Shown: positions 22,501 to 29,810 of the stretch, in pieces
Layout: each line of letters begins with the position of its first letter
How positions within the stretch are numbered: position 1 is the first letter of the stretch
Origin: a virus
Taxonomy: Duplodnaviria; Caudoviricetes
Length of the DNA: 53,000 nucleotides
Reading direction: 5' to 3' (one strand)
Virus record (IMG/VR): IMGVR_UViG_3300031631_000003
Span: 1 to 53,000 of that record
Position numbers and translations under genes: made by a program
Notes under the pieces: model-generated
The model's database searches: none
What the model was told of the DNA's origin: nothing
What the model saw: the letters and a program-made list of their open reading frames with translations, nothing else

Positions 22501-24248
22501 AGCTTGATGCAAATCAGTGGCGGATGAAGGTTGACGGTGAGACGTATATCATGGAGGTCGATACTGATGACAAGCAAGGTATGCGGTTTGTTGAATCTCT
22601 ACTACCGAAGATAAGTGATCTCGGTCCAATATTAAATGCATCACGAAAACTTAATCAGCTCCTCGCTAAACTAAACACCACGTACAATCCTGAGTTTGTA
22701 ATCAGCAACTTTACACGAGATATCCAGATAGCTGGTGTTATGCTTGAAGATACCGAAGGTGGTGAAGGTGGTCAGAAGGAAGTTCTCAAAGGTGTAACAG
22801 GGGCGATTAAGGGAATATACGCTTCAGAACGGGGTAAGGATTCTGGAGAGTGGGGTAAATGGTGGGCCGATATGAAGAAAAACGGTGGTAAAATATCGTT
22901 TCTTGAATCGTATGAAACCATCGAGGATCTTGCTAAGAAGCTTGAAACAGACCTTGCATATATTAAAGGTGATAAGTCAGCTCTTAAAATGAAAGGTAAG
23001 GCTACACTGGATTTTATTGAAGCAATGAACACTTCTGTTGAGAACGGTGTTAGATTATCCACATATAGATACCTTGTTGAGAATGGACAGTCTAAGAAAA
23101 TGGCCGCAAAGAACGTCGCTAATCTGACAGTTGATTTCAATAGATCAGGTAAGTGGGGGCCAACGGCAAATAGCTTGTATATGTTTGCTAATGCCGGAAT
23201 TATCGGGAATGCTCGTATGATACAGGCACTTGGTAAATCCAAGAAGGTACAGAAAATTGCCGCCGGAGTTGTTGGTGCTGGGATGGCACAAGGTGTACTT
23301 AGTGTACTGCTTGGTGGATATGATGACGATGGAGAATCATATTATGACAAGCTGCGACGTAGCAATCCTGCATTGTTTGAGCGTAACATGATTTGGATGA
23401 AACCTGGAACCAAGGGTGAGTATATTAAGTTTCCACTGGCATATGGCCTGAATGTGTTTTATAAATTCGGTGAAGAAATATCCACTGCTGTGAGACAACC
23501 ACAGGGGTATTCAACGATGAAAGGCGCAATGTCAATGACAACAACAGTATTGAACGCGTTTAATCCTGTTGCATCGTCTACTATTTTTCAGACGATGGCT
23601 CCTACGGCTCTAGATCCTATAATTCAGTCCGGTGAGAACAAGAACTGGTTTGGTGGCGATCTCATGCCCGCGCCTAATCCTTATGGCATGAGTAAACCAG
23701 ACAGTGAACGATACTGGAACAGCGTTAACCCGGCGGCAAAGGGTATCTCACGCACGTTAAACACATTGACAGGTGGTGATAAGATCGAGGGCGGTCTAGT
23801 CGATATCTCTCCAGCAACACTTGAGAATGTATGGGGAACGTTCACGGGGGCAACAGGTCGATTCATAACAGATGTTGCAACGTTGCCGTATAAAGCATTT
23901 ACAGGTGATGCACAGGTTCGTAACGTGCCGTTTGTGCGGAAATTTACAGGCTCCACATCTGAGTATGTTGACGGTAAGATATACAAAGAGAACGTGAAAC
24001 GAGTTGAGATAACAGATCGTAGATATGAGGCTGCTGATACTGTCTCAGATCGTCGTAAGATTAAACGTGACTCCACCTACAACATGATATCAGTAACCGA
24101 TACCACAGAAAAGCGATTAAATAAACTCCGCAAGAAGTTACGAACTGCAGAAGATTCAGGAAGAGAGAGCACCGTTGAACGCCTCGATAAGCAGATCAGA
24201 GAGATACAGCGTCGATATAACCGGAAATTTAACCGGTTGGTTAATTGA
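16509..24248 (+). CDS. Large polyvalent internal virion / ejection protein (ART-like, HExxH peptidase-like and LPD38-like domains)
   Basis: 2579 aa; AWHGSPH..DKF....IGTGEGAQAYGHGLYFAE; LLHEAGH; C-terminal 'NKNWFG...P' and 'ISPATLE' LPD38-like region. Confidence 0.8.
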   Translation: MPITYDELVDSDEFSALPSSDKNKVLNHYGYDSLPEVSERESQLSGEALKNYQEMGDFKRGLYAGGHQVEAIAGGALGLFGDATGLDKLRDQGFDRYQKSTAEAAKYPGEVEKIEDIGWEFGKAVDWAQGAFGEQIPTLISMAVGGGVLSAGLKKALPSVVKAAVNNKVKKGVALNVAEQQVAKRFTDAGIVMTAGTMEAGGMWGQEAKKHGVENVNALTTSIAGLAAGSLELLGVGGVLSKAMNGMAGTTLKRLGIEGFKGVVREGTTEGAQEVVSILNSKYHDPTVSLTDKESISQILNSIATGALVGGGVSMSTGLLPAAPTPEQADATATELENTTDNDGFKSVKNVVEANEIRQASGVVGQFQGIDEQFAPVGAGNINTASITGTVDDITGGVAVDNLADIQNRARIRTEGKQLQADLGLTPADTKADATEQTEPTREQTVLMNEPLAEEVFRKTSIGEPLTPEEIEYRDAFVADKKRVGKAEALEAKKQAEFIKLSGVQQVPGYTETEVTEQPVFKPSKKEATALADSDPHRQAMEKAKTMGGINIESVKQMFSPETYKELSKAGLFTNDGQQIDEIATQLGYADAKELVTAWEQTALKKDAVSDAIEEQQAEFDIAEDAARIAPVNEQSPEDFKILADGMKSGRYILSDEDIESMGSLSIPQKAELLRINNPIDGKPVEATKKADEKGEAVRGKAPEGEVAGSGAPTAEPGDGGLSDGDIRPVEGGIATGKEQNTVYLGDETPDAPTVSKRRTIETKADGTEGTARDFQNERRDPKKHKTITEQNESLPGNTEAIIDYASDSYVKFKNAIESVAVNKENLRRLFDEAGTDSIIVTANGVEYQISRPERGKNIISLNAAGRKLRKEIRQKYKDDGLLEYDYDKGVTLNVQPTSDVVSSASTNPDQTLEQAAIEHVKLQQELGLAYYDRQAIRKKIKEETLPLLKDNGIGSTWRDSKSESTFWVSRKKTGEEWAEGSKAEYEDIMNEIMSDPETTRDGGEELQTAGVSKLQAMQKKGKDAEAEAEAALPRFSIADDNIPTQVTDNETGKTIDVAEAAQTVYTDGMNLGKFISGMRKALGKAYSKVRSFVRGLFNEVKAFNDRLGEVGAVGEQGQKPVDVKSRNKQTKTPANNSQEIIDKKGQEFLDGITASGLVKFISPDAIQGILDGINARFMTAWHGSPHEVDKFSSDKIGTGEGAQAYGHGLYFAESRDVAEWYRKKLGARGLITKDGNSRYPADNMITGSPMVRALLSLSDDSFKNNKERIADLEKQKKDIKARSDRAIKSGAKPDSLFIRDMREEFENVDEAISLIEDGVALDSSGKLYQVKLAPKEEEYLLWDKPLSEQSKEVMGAFGKIKNKVRLKSLLVGFGGKKALWADDVTYQIKQQQEFHDGSTLYNGLERALGGKAEASQLLSKIGIRGIKYADGATRNKEDQNFNYVIFDDSDVTIEARYSKDGKIEAFTMPDGTIYMVDGNIAEGNAYQTLLHEAGHSHLPAAFTGDRWSGILKTFERHSGKDTATGKAVNEARARVPEGTKPEHVAEEQIMYFITNNANKELPLYKRIIGAIRRALVSVGFPTSMLHPDDMVAMAEGYLAGQGKAVGKSDGVRYSTAATPATRRKLGFMGKIAPYINITEDQKDQIATTLWDRLVPVKRIQGRAKRKLKESQDYLLHRRVAGRKSADEVTLLKDTQIDPLLKTMADADLSIKQVGDYLWADHASERNIQMKRVRAMGFIRNTTNAMTDKEASEFKDMIFDAKHNSELTLAEIDDKRDGYIDVMDSMQGRVQEWEDSLDVQRGKAKTDHALKLLKNAEDRLQMRKNVIDKWEDVKDRLSGLTNEQAETKLDELASPEMKKIAKSWREINENALLKNLEAGEITQGEYDNITRPYKKDVPLYREDQDFETTKAPVGLQSLGSIGSPIKTEYGSTSAVENVIPHIVDRAQAAIERKHRLDGAKILYDMALNNPEMGLSLSKQPTAPAYDNDGNLIRQPKHELDANQWRMKVDGETYIMEVDTDDKQGMRFVESLLPKISDLGPILNASRKLNQLLAKLNTTYNPEFVISNFTRDIQIAGVMLEDTEGGEGGQKEVLKGVTGAIKGIYASERGKDSGEWGKWWADMKKNGGKISFLESYETIEDLAKKLETDLAYIKGDKSALKMKGKATLDFIEAMNTSVENGVRLSTYRYLVENGQSKKMAAKNVANLTVDFNRSGKWGPTANSLYMFANAGIIGNARMIQALGKSKKVQKIAAGVVGAGMAQGVLSVLLGGYDDDGESYYDKLRRSNPALFERNMIWMKPGTKGEYIKFPLAYGLNVFYKFGEEISTAVRQPQGYSTMKGAMSMTTTVLNAFNPVASSTIFQTMAPTALDPIIQSGENKNWFGGDLMPAPNPYGMSKPDSERYWNSVNPAAKGISRTLNTLTGGDKIEGGLVDISPATLENVWGTFTGATGRFITDVATLPYKAFTGDAQVRNVPFVRKFTGSTSEYVDGKIYKENVKRVEITDRRYEAADTVSDRRKIKRDSTYNMISVTDTTEKRLNKLRKKLRTAEDSGRESTVERLDKQIREIQRRYNRKFNRLVN

Positions 24249-24275
24249 CAAAACTGTAAAAATGTAGTAACCGTG
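24245..24275 (+). promoter_or_regulatory. Putative promoter for the second tail/lysis block
   Basis: TTGACA (24245-24250), 17 nt, TAACCGTG. Confidence 0.5.
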
Positions 24276-24310
24276 GAACATAAACCACACAACACAACAA
24301 GGAGAAAAAC

Positions 24311-24610
24311 ATGAGTGAGTATATCGCACCAAAAACAGCAGCAGAAGTTGGTTTAGAATTTACGGTTTCTTCTGCCGTGGGTGTTAAAGCGTATGGTAAT
24401 AACGGTGCCGAGATGATCGGTATTGTCATGGTTATAAACAGTGATGCCACAGCCGAGCCGCTTACATCCCGTATCAATCCAAGTCAATCAGCAGTTGAAG
24501 TTAGACTGTCTGGCGTCCAGAAACACTTTACAATCACAGAGCCTGGAACTTATCGTATTGATAAGTTTACTACAGTAGGAACAGTAGGTATCGATACCGA
24601 AGGTTCCTGA
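24311..24610 (+). CDS. Small putative structural protein
   Basis: AGGAG RBS, beta-rich 99 aa. Confidence 0.55.
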   Translation: MSEYIAPKTAAEVGLEFTVSSAVGVKAYGNNGAEMIGIVMVINSDATAEPLTSRINPSQSAVEVRLSGVQKHFTITEPGTYRIDKFTTVGTVGIDTEGS

Positions 24611-24611
24611 T

Positions 24612-25523
24612 ATGATTACCATACAGCAACCCATACAGTGGGCCATCGCTCCCGCTGTATCGTTTGGTCAAGGTGGGGGTGTGCTTTCCATACCTCCTTA
24701 CTCAGAAGACCTCCTTGTTTGGCTCAAGGGTGATAACTCAGATACTCAAAAACTAGACTTATGGAGGAGTGGTGGGACTGAAAACTTTGATATGAGTAAG
24801 TCGGCTTGTATCCAGGTTAATGGTACTGATGAGGACGGAACCACAAGTATAGCTCACGGAACTATTGTTTCAAGTGAAGGGACGGCAACAGTTACTTACT
24901 CTGGAACTACACTGTCTTTTTCAACCGCAGGGACATTCTATAATGTGATATTCTCTGATGGTTCCCACTACAGGTGCGCAGAAGGAGAAGATGGTGGGCT
25001 GATATCCTATGATGATACTGGAGAACATACTATTACTTGGGATGGGACTACAGCTAACATTAGGGGTTATACTCAGGATAGTTACCATGGCAATGCTGCT
25101 GATGGCTGGTGGGAATCCATAGGAAGTCAGGCATACTATCCATATGACCCATCTGGTGATTTTGCACAGACGTTATTGAGTAGCACTGCTGTTGATGTCT
25201 TTATCTATGATACCACTAAAGATTCCGATGGAGGAGCTTGGAGAGAGCGGTGTCAGGCTTTGAGTTGGTACAATGAGGATTTGAACACTGCGACTCGTGG
25301 TGCTTCTCGTAAGTTCCCTGCTGTCGTTGCTATTATCTTTGAAGCTACTCAATACACTATATTCGATCTTACAGACCCGTCCGCTCCTATGTGGAGAGTC
25401 AAAGTGATATCTGGTACTATATCCTCAGGTGCGATGCTTAACGGATTGATTGTCGTTGGCACAGGTGCTGGGGTGTATAGGTACAATTATATATCAGAGG
25501 TAGAGGAGACGATAACAGCATGA
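24612..25523 (+). CDS. Tail/receptor-binding protein, fragment 1
   Basis: 'DVFIYDTTKDSDGGAWR....SWYNE.LNTATRG..R.FPAV' motif recalled from LamG-containing phage tail proteins. Confidence 0.65.
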   Translation: MITIQQPIQWAIAPAVSFGQGGGVLSIPPYSEDLLVWLKGDNSDTQKLDLWRSGGTENFDMSKSACIQVNGTDEDGTTSIAHGTIVSSEGTATVTYSGTTLSFSTAGTFYNVIFSDGSHYRCAEGEDGGLISYDDTGEHTITWDGTTANIRGYTQDSYHGNAADGWWESIGSQAYYPYDPSGDFAQTLLSSTAVDVFIYDTTKDSDGGAWRERCQALSWYNEDLNTATRGASRKFPAVVAIIFEATQYTIFDLTDPSAPMWRVKVISGTISSGAMLNGLIVVGTGAGVYRYNYISEVEETITA

Positions 25524-25966
25524 GAGAACGAGAAAGGTTTGAGGCGAAGGTTGATTCATCTGGTGATTGCCATGAGTGGATGGCCAGTATTGGTGGTAGT
25601 GGTTATGGACAATTCTATTTTGATAATAGGAAATTCTCTTCTCATAGGAAAGCATACGAGATTTATATCGGAGAAATACCAGATGGATCGTTTGTTCTTC
25701 ATACTTGCGACAATAAAAGATGTGTTAACCCAAAACACTTATTCCTAGGAACGCAACAGGACAACATGGATGACAAGGTAGCAAAGAATAGGCAAATATC
25801 TGGGGAGGGTATCCAGACGGCAATCTTATCAGCAGAACAAGTGTCAGATGTCAGAAGATTGATACGAGACGGCTTCACGCACATATCAATAAGTAATATG
25901 TATAAGGTTGGAAGGTCTACAATCTCCATGATAGCGAATGGAACTAACTGGAGGTGTACACAATGA
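25520..25966 (+). mobile_element. Free-standing HNH endonuclease (HNH_3 type) with C-terminal HTH
   Basis: C.EW...GYGQF...HR.AY...VLHTCDNKRCVNPKHLFLGTQQDNMDD. Confidence 0.9.
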
Positions 25967-27282
25967 ATATAGTAAATAATATTGTAAATGATGTTGCGCT
26001 AACAATACTCGCAGGTAGTGCCATTGATCCTCTAACTGGTATTGCCACAGTATGCCAAGGGATTGCCACAGATGGTGGAGTCTCTATTATTGATGGCCCT
26101 GCTGGTGTTGATACTGTAAAAGATATAACAACCATAGGCCCTAGTACCAAGGTCACTGTGAATAATGTAGGCTCCTTAGTCTTAACAACAGGCTATGCAG
26201 CATACGTCTTCAACACCATTCCATCAATTGACACAACTTCAGCAGGAGCTGATTATAGCTACACAGTAGCCTCTGGTAAGCTTGCAGAGAATATCTCAGA
26301 TGTAGTGCTGAAGGATGACATGGAGATCATCGTTGGTGGGTATGGCTCACTGAGTACTATGACCACCTCGGCCACATCTCCAAACCCTGTCACCTACAAA
26401 ATCAATGGCACGACGGGTATTATCTACTGGGGTGATGGACTCTCCGATGCCTTTGCTAGTGGGGTTAATGTTACTCATACGTATGCCTCGGTTGCTGGTA
26501 ACTCTATTAGGATTGTGCCTGTTGATGAGGCTGCTTTGACTAAGTTTGATTGCCATAGCAATCAATTAACAGGCTCTATACCAGACCTCAGTTCTAATAC
26601 TGCTTTAACTACGTTTGATTGCTATATCAACCAATTAACAGGCTCTATACCAGACCTCAGTTCTAATACTGCTTTAACTGCGTTTTCTTGCAGCATCAAC
26701 CAATTAACAGGCTCTATACCAGACCTCAGTTCTAATACTGCTTTGACTACGTTTTATTGCCATGCCAATCAACTAACAGGCTCTATACCAGACCTCAGTT
26801 CTAATACTGCTTTGACTACGTTTTATTGCAGCATCAACCAATTAACAGGCTCTATACCAGACCTCAGTTCTAATACTGCTTTGACTACGTTTTATTGCCC
26901 TGCCAATCAACTAACAGGCTCTATACCAGACCTCAGTTCTAATACTGCTTTGACTACGTTTCATTGCCATGTCAATCAATTAACAGGCTCTATACCAGAC
27001 CTCAGTTCTAATACTGCTTTGATTTTGTTTTATTGCTCTACCAATCAACTAACAGATTATGCTGGAGGCACAATGTCAGCAACCTGCTTAACCTTCAAAG
27101 CAGAGGAAAACGCATTAATCCAGACAGCAGTAGATGCAATCCTAGCAGCCTTAGACACAGCAGGAGGTTCAAGTGGTACATGTGATCTAAGTGGGGGCAC
27201 AAACGCTGTACCAAGTGCATCTGGTCTAACGTCTAAATCAAACCTTGAGGCTCGTGGCTGGACAGTCACCGTGAATGCATAA
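25963..27282 (+). CDS. Tail/receptor-binding protein, fragment 2, carrying PKD-like and leucine-rich-repeat domains
   Basis: GGAGGT RBS with ATGA overlap at 25963; WGDG...HTY motif; 23-aa LRRs NQLTGSIPDLSSNTALxxFxCxx; C-cap ending GWTVTVN. Confidence 0.8.
   Translation: MNIVNNIVNDVALTILAGSAIDPLTGIATVCQGIATDGGVSIIDGPAGVDTVKDITTIGPSTKVTVNNVGSLVLTTGYAAYVFNTIPSIDTTSAGADYSYTVASGKLAENISDVVLKDDMEIIVGGYGSLSTMTTSATSPNPVTYKINGTTGIIYWGDGLSDAFASGVNVTHTYASVAGNSIRIVPVDEAALTKFDCHSNQLTGSIPDLSSNTALTTFDCYINQLTGSIPDLSSNTALTAFSCSINQLTGSIPDLSSNTALTTFYCHANQLTGSIPDLSSNTALTTFYCSINQLTGSIPDLSSNTALTTFYCPANQLTGSIPDLSSNTALTTFHCHVNQLTGSIPDLSSNTALILFYCSTNQLTDYAGGTMSATCLTFKAEENALIQTAVDAILAALDTAGGSSGTCDLSGGTNAVPSASGLTSKSNLEARGWTVTVNA
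26533..27054 (+). repeat. 69-bp tandem array (7 full units plus 1 partial) encoding LRRs
   Basis: AGGCTCTATACC starts at 26571, 26640, 26709, 26778, 26847, 26916 and 26985. Confidence 0.97.
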
Positions 27283-28835
27283 TGATTACTAATATAGAGC
27301 ATAATACCACTACTCCTGCTGAGAGTAAGATAACCAAGGTCACGAAGAAGTATAATACCGGAGTTATGGTTGGTGATATAAGATTAGCAACACTTTCCGA
27401 TACAACCGCTGAGGCCATAACAAGCGTGGATGGAGTGGTAGACAGATCACTCAAGGGTAATAACCTTCAGGTAGTCGGTGAGTTAACCAAGACACCTGTA
27501 GCAACCGGAGCAGAGCTTGTGGCCTACTCTGGATTCAGTGCTACAGATTACATTGAGCAACCTTATAACTCTGACCTTGACTTTGGTACTGGTGATTTTT
27601 GTGTTATGGGGTGGGTTAACTCCACTTACTCTGGAGGGTACCCACAACTATTAGAAAGAAGGAAGACAGACAGTACGGGGAATAGAATATTAGTAGGGAT
27701 GTGGACTAGCAATATAGGGTTTCAAATAATCAATGACGCATTAGACACTGTACAAGTAGTCCCAGCAGGTAGGAATGATGCAGATGGCAACTGGCACTTA
27801 GTAGTGGTAAAACGAACTGGAGGTTTCGTATTCCTCAATATTGACGCTACCCCAATAAACAATGTGGCAATAACAGGAACTTTAACAGCTAATAATCAAT
27901 TAACTGTACTAGGTAACGACGTAACGTATGAGTTACCTTCCCTCAGTACACTCTTAGCAAACTGGCGTATCTCAGCAACAGCCCCAACAGACGCTGAGAT
28001 ACTCGACATCTACAACCAAGAGAAGAAGATGTTCCAAGAGGATGCCAAGTGTACCCTGCAAGGTACAAGTACATCAGTCCAGGCACTAAGCTATAACGAA
28101 GACACCAGTAAACTATATGCAGGCACTTCAGATGGTATAACGGTATTTGATGGACTTACTTCAGAGGTTCAAGAATCTTCAGGGAATATAGTCGCAATTG
28201 ATTATAGCAGTGATGACAGTGTGGTTGGGACCACTACAAGTGTTTTTAGTGGATATACCATAGAAACGATAGAACATCCTGGTAATGAATTCAATAATTC
28301 CGAAACCAGCTTTGCCCCTGAAACCAAACCAGTAGGTAGCCCTAATGGTACAGACGATGATTTCACAATGGACACTGACCATGGAACGATTATTAGCTAT
28401 GGTGGTACAGCAGTTCCAACCTATGTACACCCTACGATTACTTTTACTACCGGAACTATTAGAAACATACTCTTTTCAGATGGTGTGCTAATCCCTGTTG
28501 ATGAAGGTGAAGGGCTTGTAATTAAAGACTCTCTTGGAAACATAGTAGGAACCTATGACGTGACTATCCCTACATTCTGGGAAGGTGAGCCCATGGTGTC
28601 TCAGGAGCTTGGAGACGCTGATATAGCTGCTGATGCTTTGTACTTTACAGATGGATTATATCATCCTGTAGAGAAGACACAAGCTGAGTGGGTATCTGAT
28701 GGAGTTATTAATTATGATAAGCAGAGATATCTTACTGACTGTGAAGGTAAACCACCTCAACTGTTAATTTACAAAGATCCACGCACCACTGCTGAGGATG
28801 CTGCGATTAAGCTCTTCGACTGTATTGGTGAATAG
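27282..28835 (+). CDS. Tail/receptor-binding protein, fragment 3, with LamG/concanavalin-like domain
   Basis: 'DLDFGTGDFCVMGWV', 'DGNWHLVVVKR', 'WRISATAPTDAEILDIY' LamG signatures. Confidence 0.75.
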   Translation: MITNIEHNTTTPAESKITKVTKKYNTGVMVGDIRLATLSDTTAEAITSVDGVVDRSLKGNNLQVVGELTKTPVATGAELVAYSGFSATDYIEQPYNSDLDFGTGDFCVMGWVNSTYSGGYPQLLERRKTDSTGNRILVGMWTSNIGFQIINDALDTVQVVPAGRNDADGNWHLVVVKRTGGFVFLNIDATPINNVAITGTLTANNQLTVLGNDVTYELPSLSTLLANWRISATAPTDAEILDIYNQEKKMFQEDAKCTLQGTSTSVQALSYNEDTSKLYAGTSDGITVFDGLTSEVQESSGNIVAIDYSSDDSVVGTTTSVFSGYTIETIEHPGNEFNNSETSFAPETKPVGSPNGTDDDFTMDTDHGTIISYGGTAVPTYVHPTITFTTGTIRNILFSDGVLIPVDEGEGLVIKDSLGNIVGTYDVTIPTFWEGEPMVSQELGDADIAADALYFTDGLYHPVEKTQAEWVSDGVINYDKQRYLTDCEGKPPQLLIYKDPRTTAEDAAIKLFDCIGE

Positions 28836-28958
28836 CTGCATACATTTTACATGAGGCTGACAATGGTATATATCTCGGTGCAGACCTTGAAATCTGGTAT
28901 GACTACCGTCTTGGATCACCAATCGCAAAATACACTAAATTAGTTTAAGGAGATAGAA

Positions 28959-29435
28959 ATGGCATTAAAAGTAATAGTACCAGAATCGGTGATTGACGAA
29001 CCAGTGATAGTTGAAATCGGAGAACGATTCAGGCGCAGAGCATCGACAAACAAAGAGCATGTGCTTGGAACAATCTACGAGTTTAGCGATGCTGGTGAGA
29101 ACCTGTTTACTGCAGAGGCATATGCTGCCTGTCATGGATATGGTTGTATACTAGATGATGGTATATTCTATCATGTATTTACTACTGCCGAGAAAGACAA
29201 CCTTGTCCCTGTTGATTGGCCAAATAGTAAAGACGCAGAAGGTGAGCGAATAGCTTATGAGGATTATTTTAGAAAGTCAACTCAGGTTGAGTTAGCTGAT
29301 GGTACTTGGAGATTCAGGATACAATACGGAAATGACGCTTTAATGAACACCGAGAGGTTGATCTATCAGAAATCATTGGGTATATTACTGACAAAAGGTG
29401 AAGGTCAAGCTCTTGAAGTTAAACCAGAAGTATAA
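28959..29435 (+). CDS. Hypothetical protein
   Basis: AAGGAG RBS, 158 aa. Confidence 0.6.
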   Translation: MALKVIVPESVIDEPVIVEIGERFRRRASTNKEHVLGTIYEFSDAGENLFTAEAYAACHGYGCILDDGIFYHVFTTAEKDNLVPVDWPNSKDAEGERIAYEDYFRKSTQVELADGTWRFRIQYGNDALMNTERLIYQKSLGILLTKGEGQALEVKPEV

Positions 29436-29447
29436 AGGAATCTCAAC

Positions 29448-29810
29448 ATGGATGTGCCAGATCTTGTAGTGGAATGGGCATTAGGAATTGTGACTAGTGC
29501 CGGAATGGGGAGTTTCTTCTTTTTGAAGAGCAAGTCAAGTAAGAACACTGCTAGTATCGTGGCACTTAAAGAGCAGATGGATCAAAAAATAGTTGATGCA
29601 ATTGAGAAACTAGGAGAAAACGTAACGCCACTAAGTCTCTGTAATGCCAAGCAAGAGTTGTGGCAAACAAGGTTTGATATGTGGATGACCCAGAACAAGG
29701 AACAACATGACCATATTGACAGTAGTGTAGCTGCTTCGCTGGAGAACATAGAAAAGCAATTGGTTTTTGTATTCGAGAAGCTTGACAATTTAAGTAAGGG
29801 GGACAAGTGA
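29448..29810 (+). CDS. Holin-like membrane protein
   Basis: One N-terminal TM segment then a coiled coil; first gene of the lysis region. Confidence 0.4.
   Translation: MDVPDLVVEWALGIVTSAGMGSFFFLKSKSSKNTASIVALKEQMDQKIVDAIEKLGENVTPLSLCNAKQELWQTRFDMWMTQNKEQHDHIDSSVAASLENIEKQLVFVFEKLDNLSKGDK

Noticed and set aside
16509-24248. N4-like virion RNA polymerase
   Set aside because: Despite the N4-gp56-type capsid, I see no T7-like RNAP motifs; the motifs match polyvalent/LPD38 proteins.
25520-25966. HNH as part of a second group I intron
   Set aside because: It overlaps both flanking genes directly and no P7 or other core elements are visible.
26533-27054. CRISPR-like pattern (40-nt constant plus 29-nt variable)
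   Set aside because: The 'spacers' are homologous to each other, the period is an in-frame 69 nt within an ORF, and there is no cas operon; the Cas4-like gene is an ordinary phage exonuclease.
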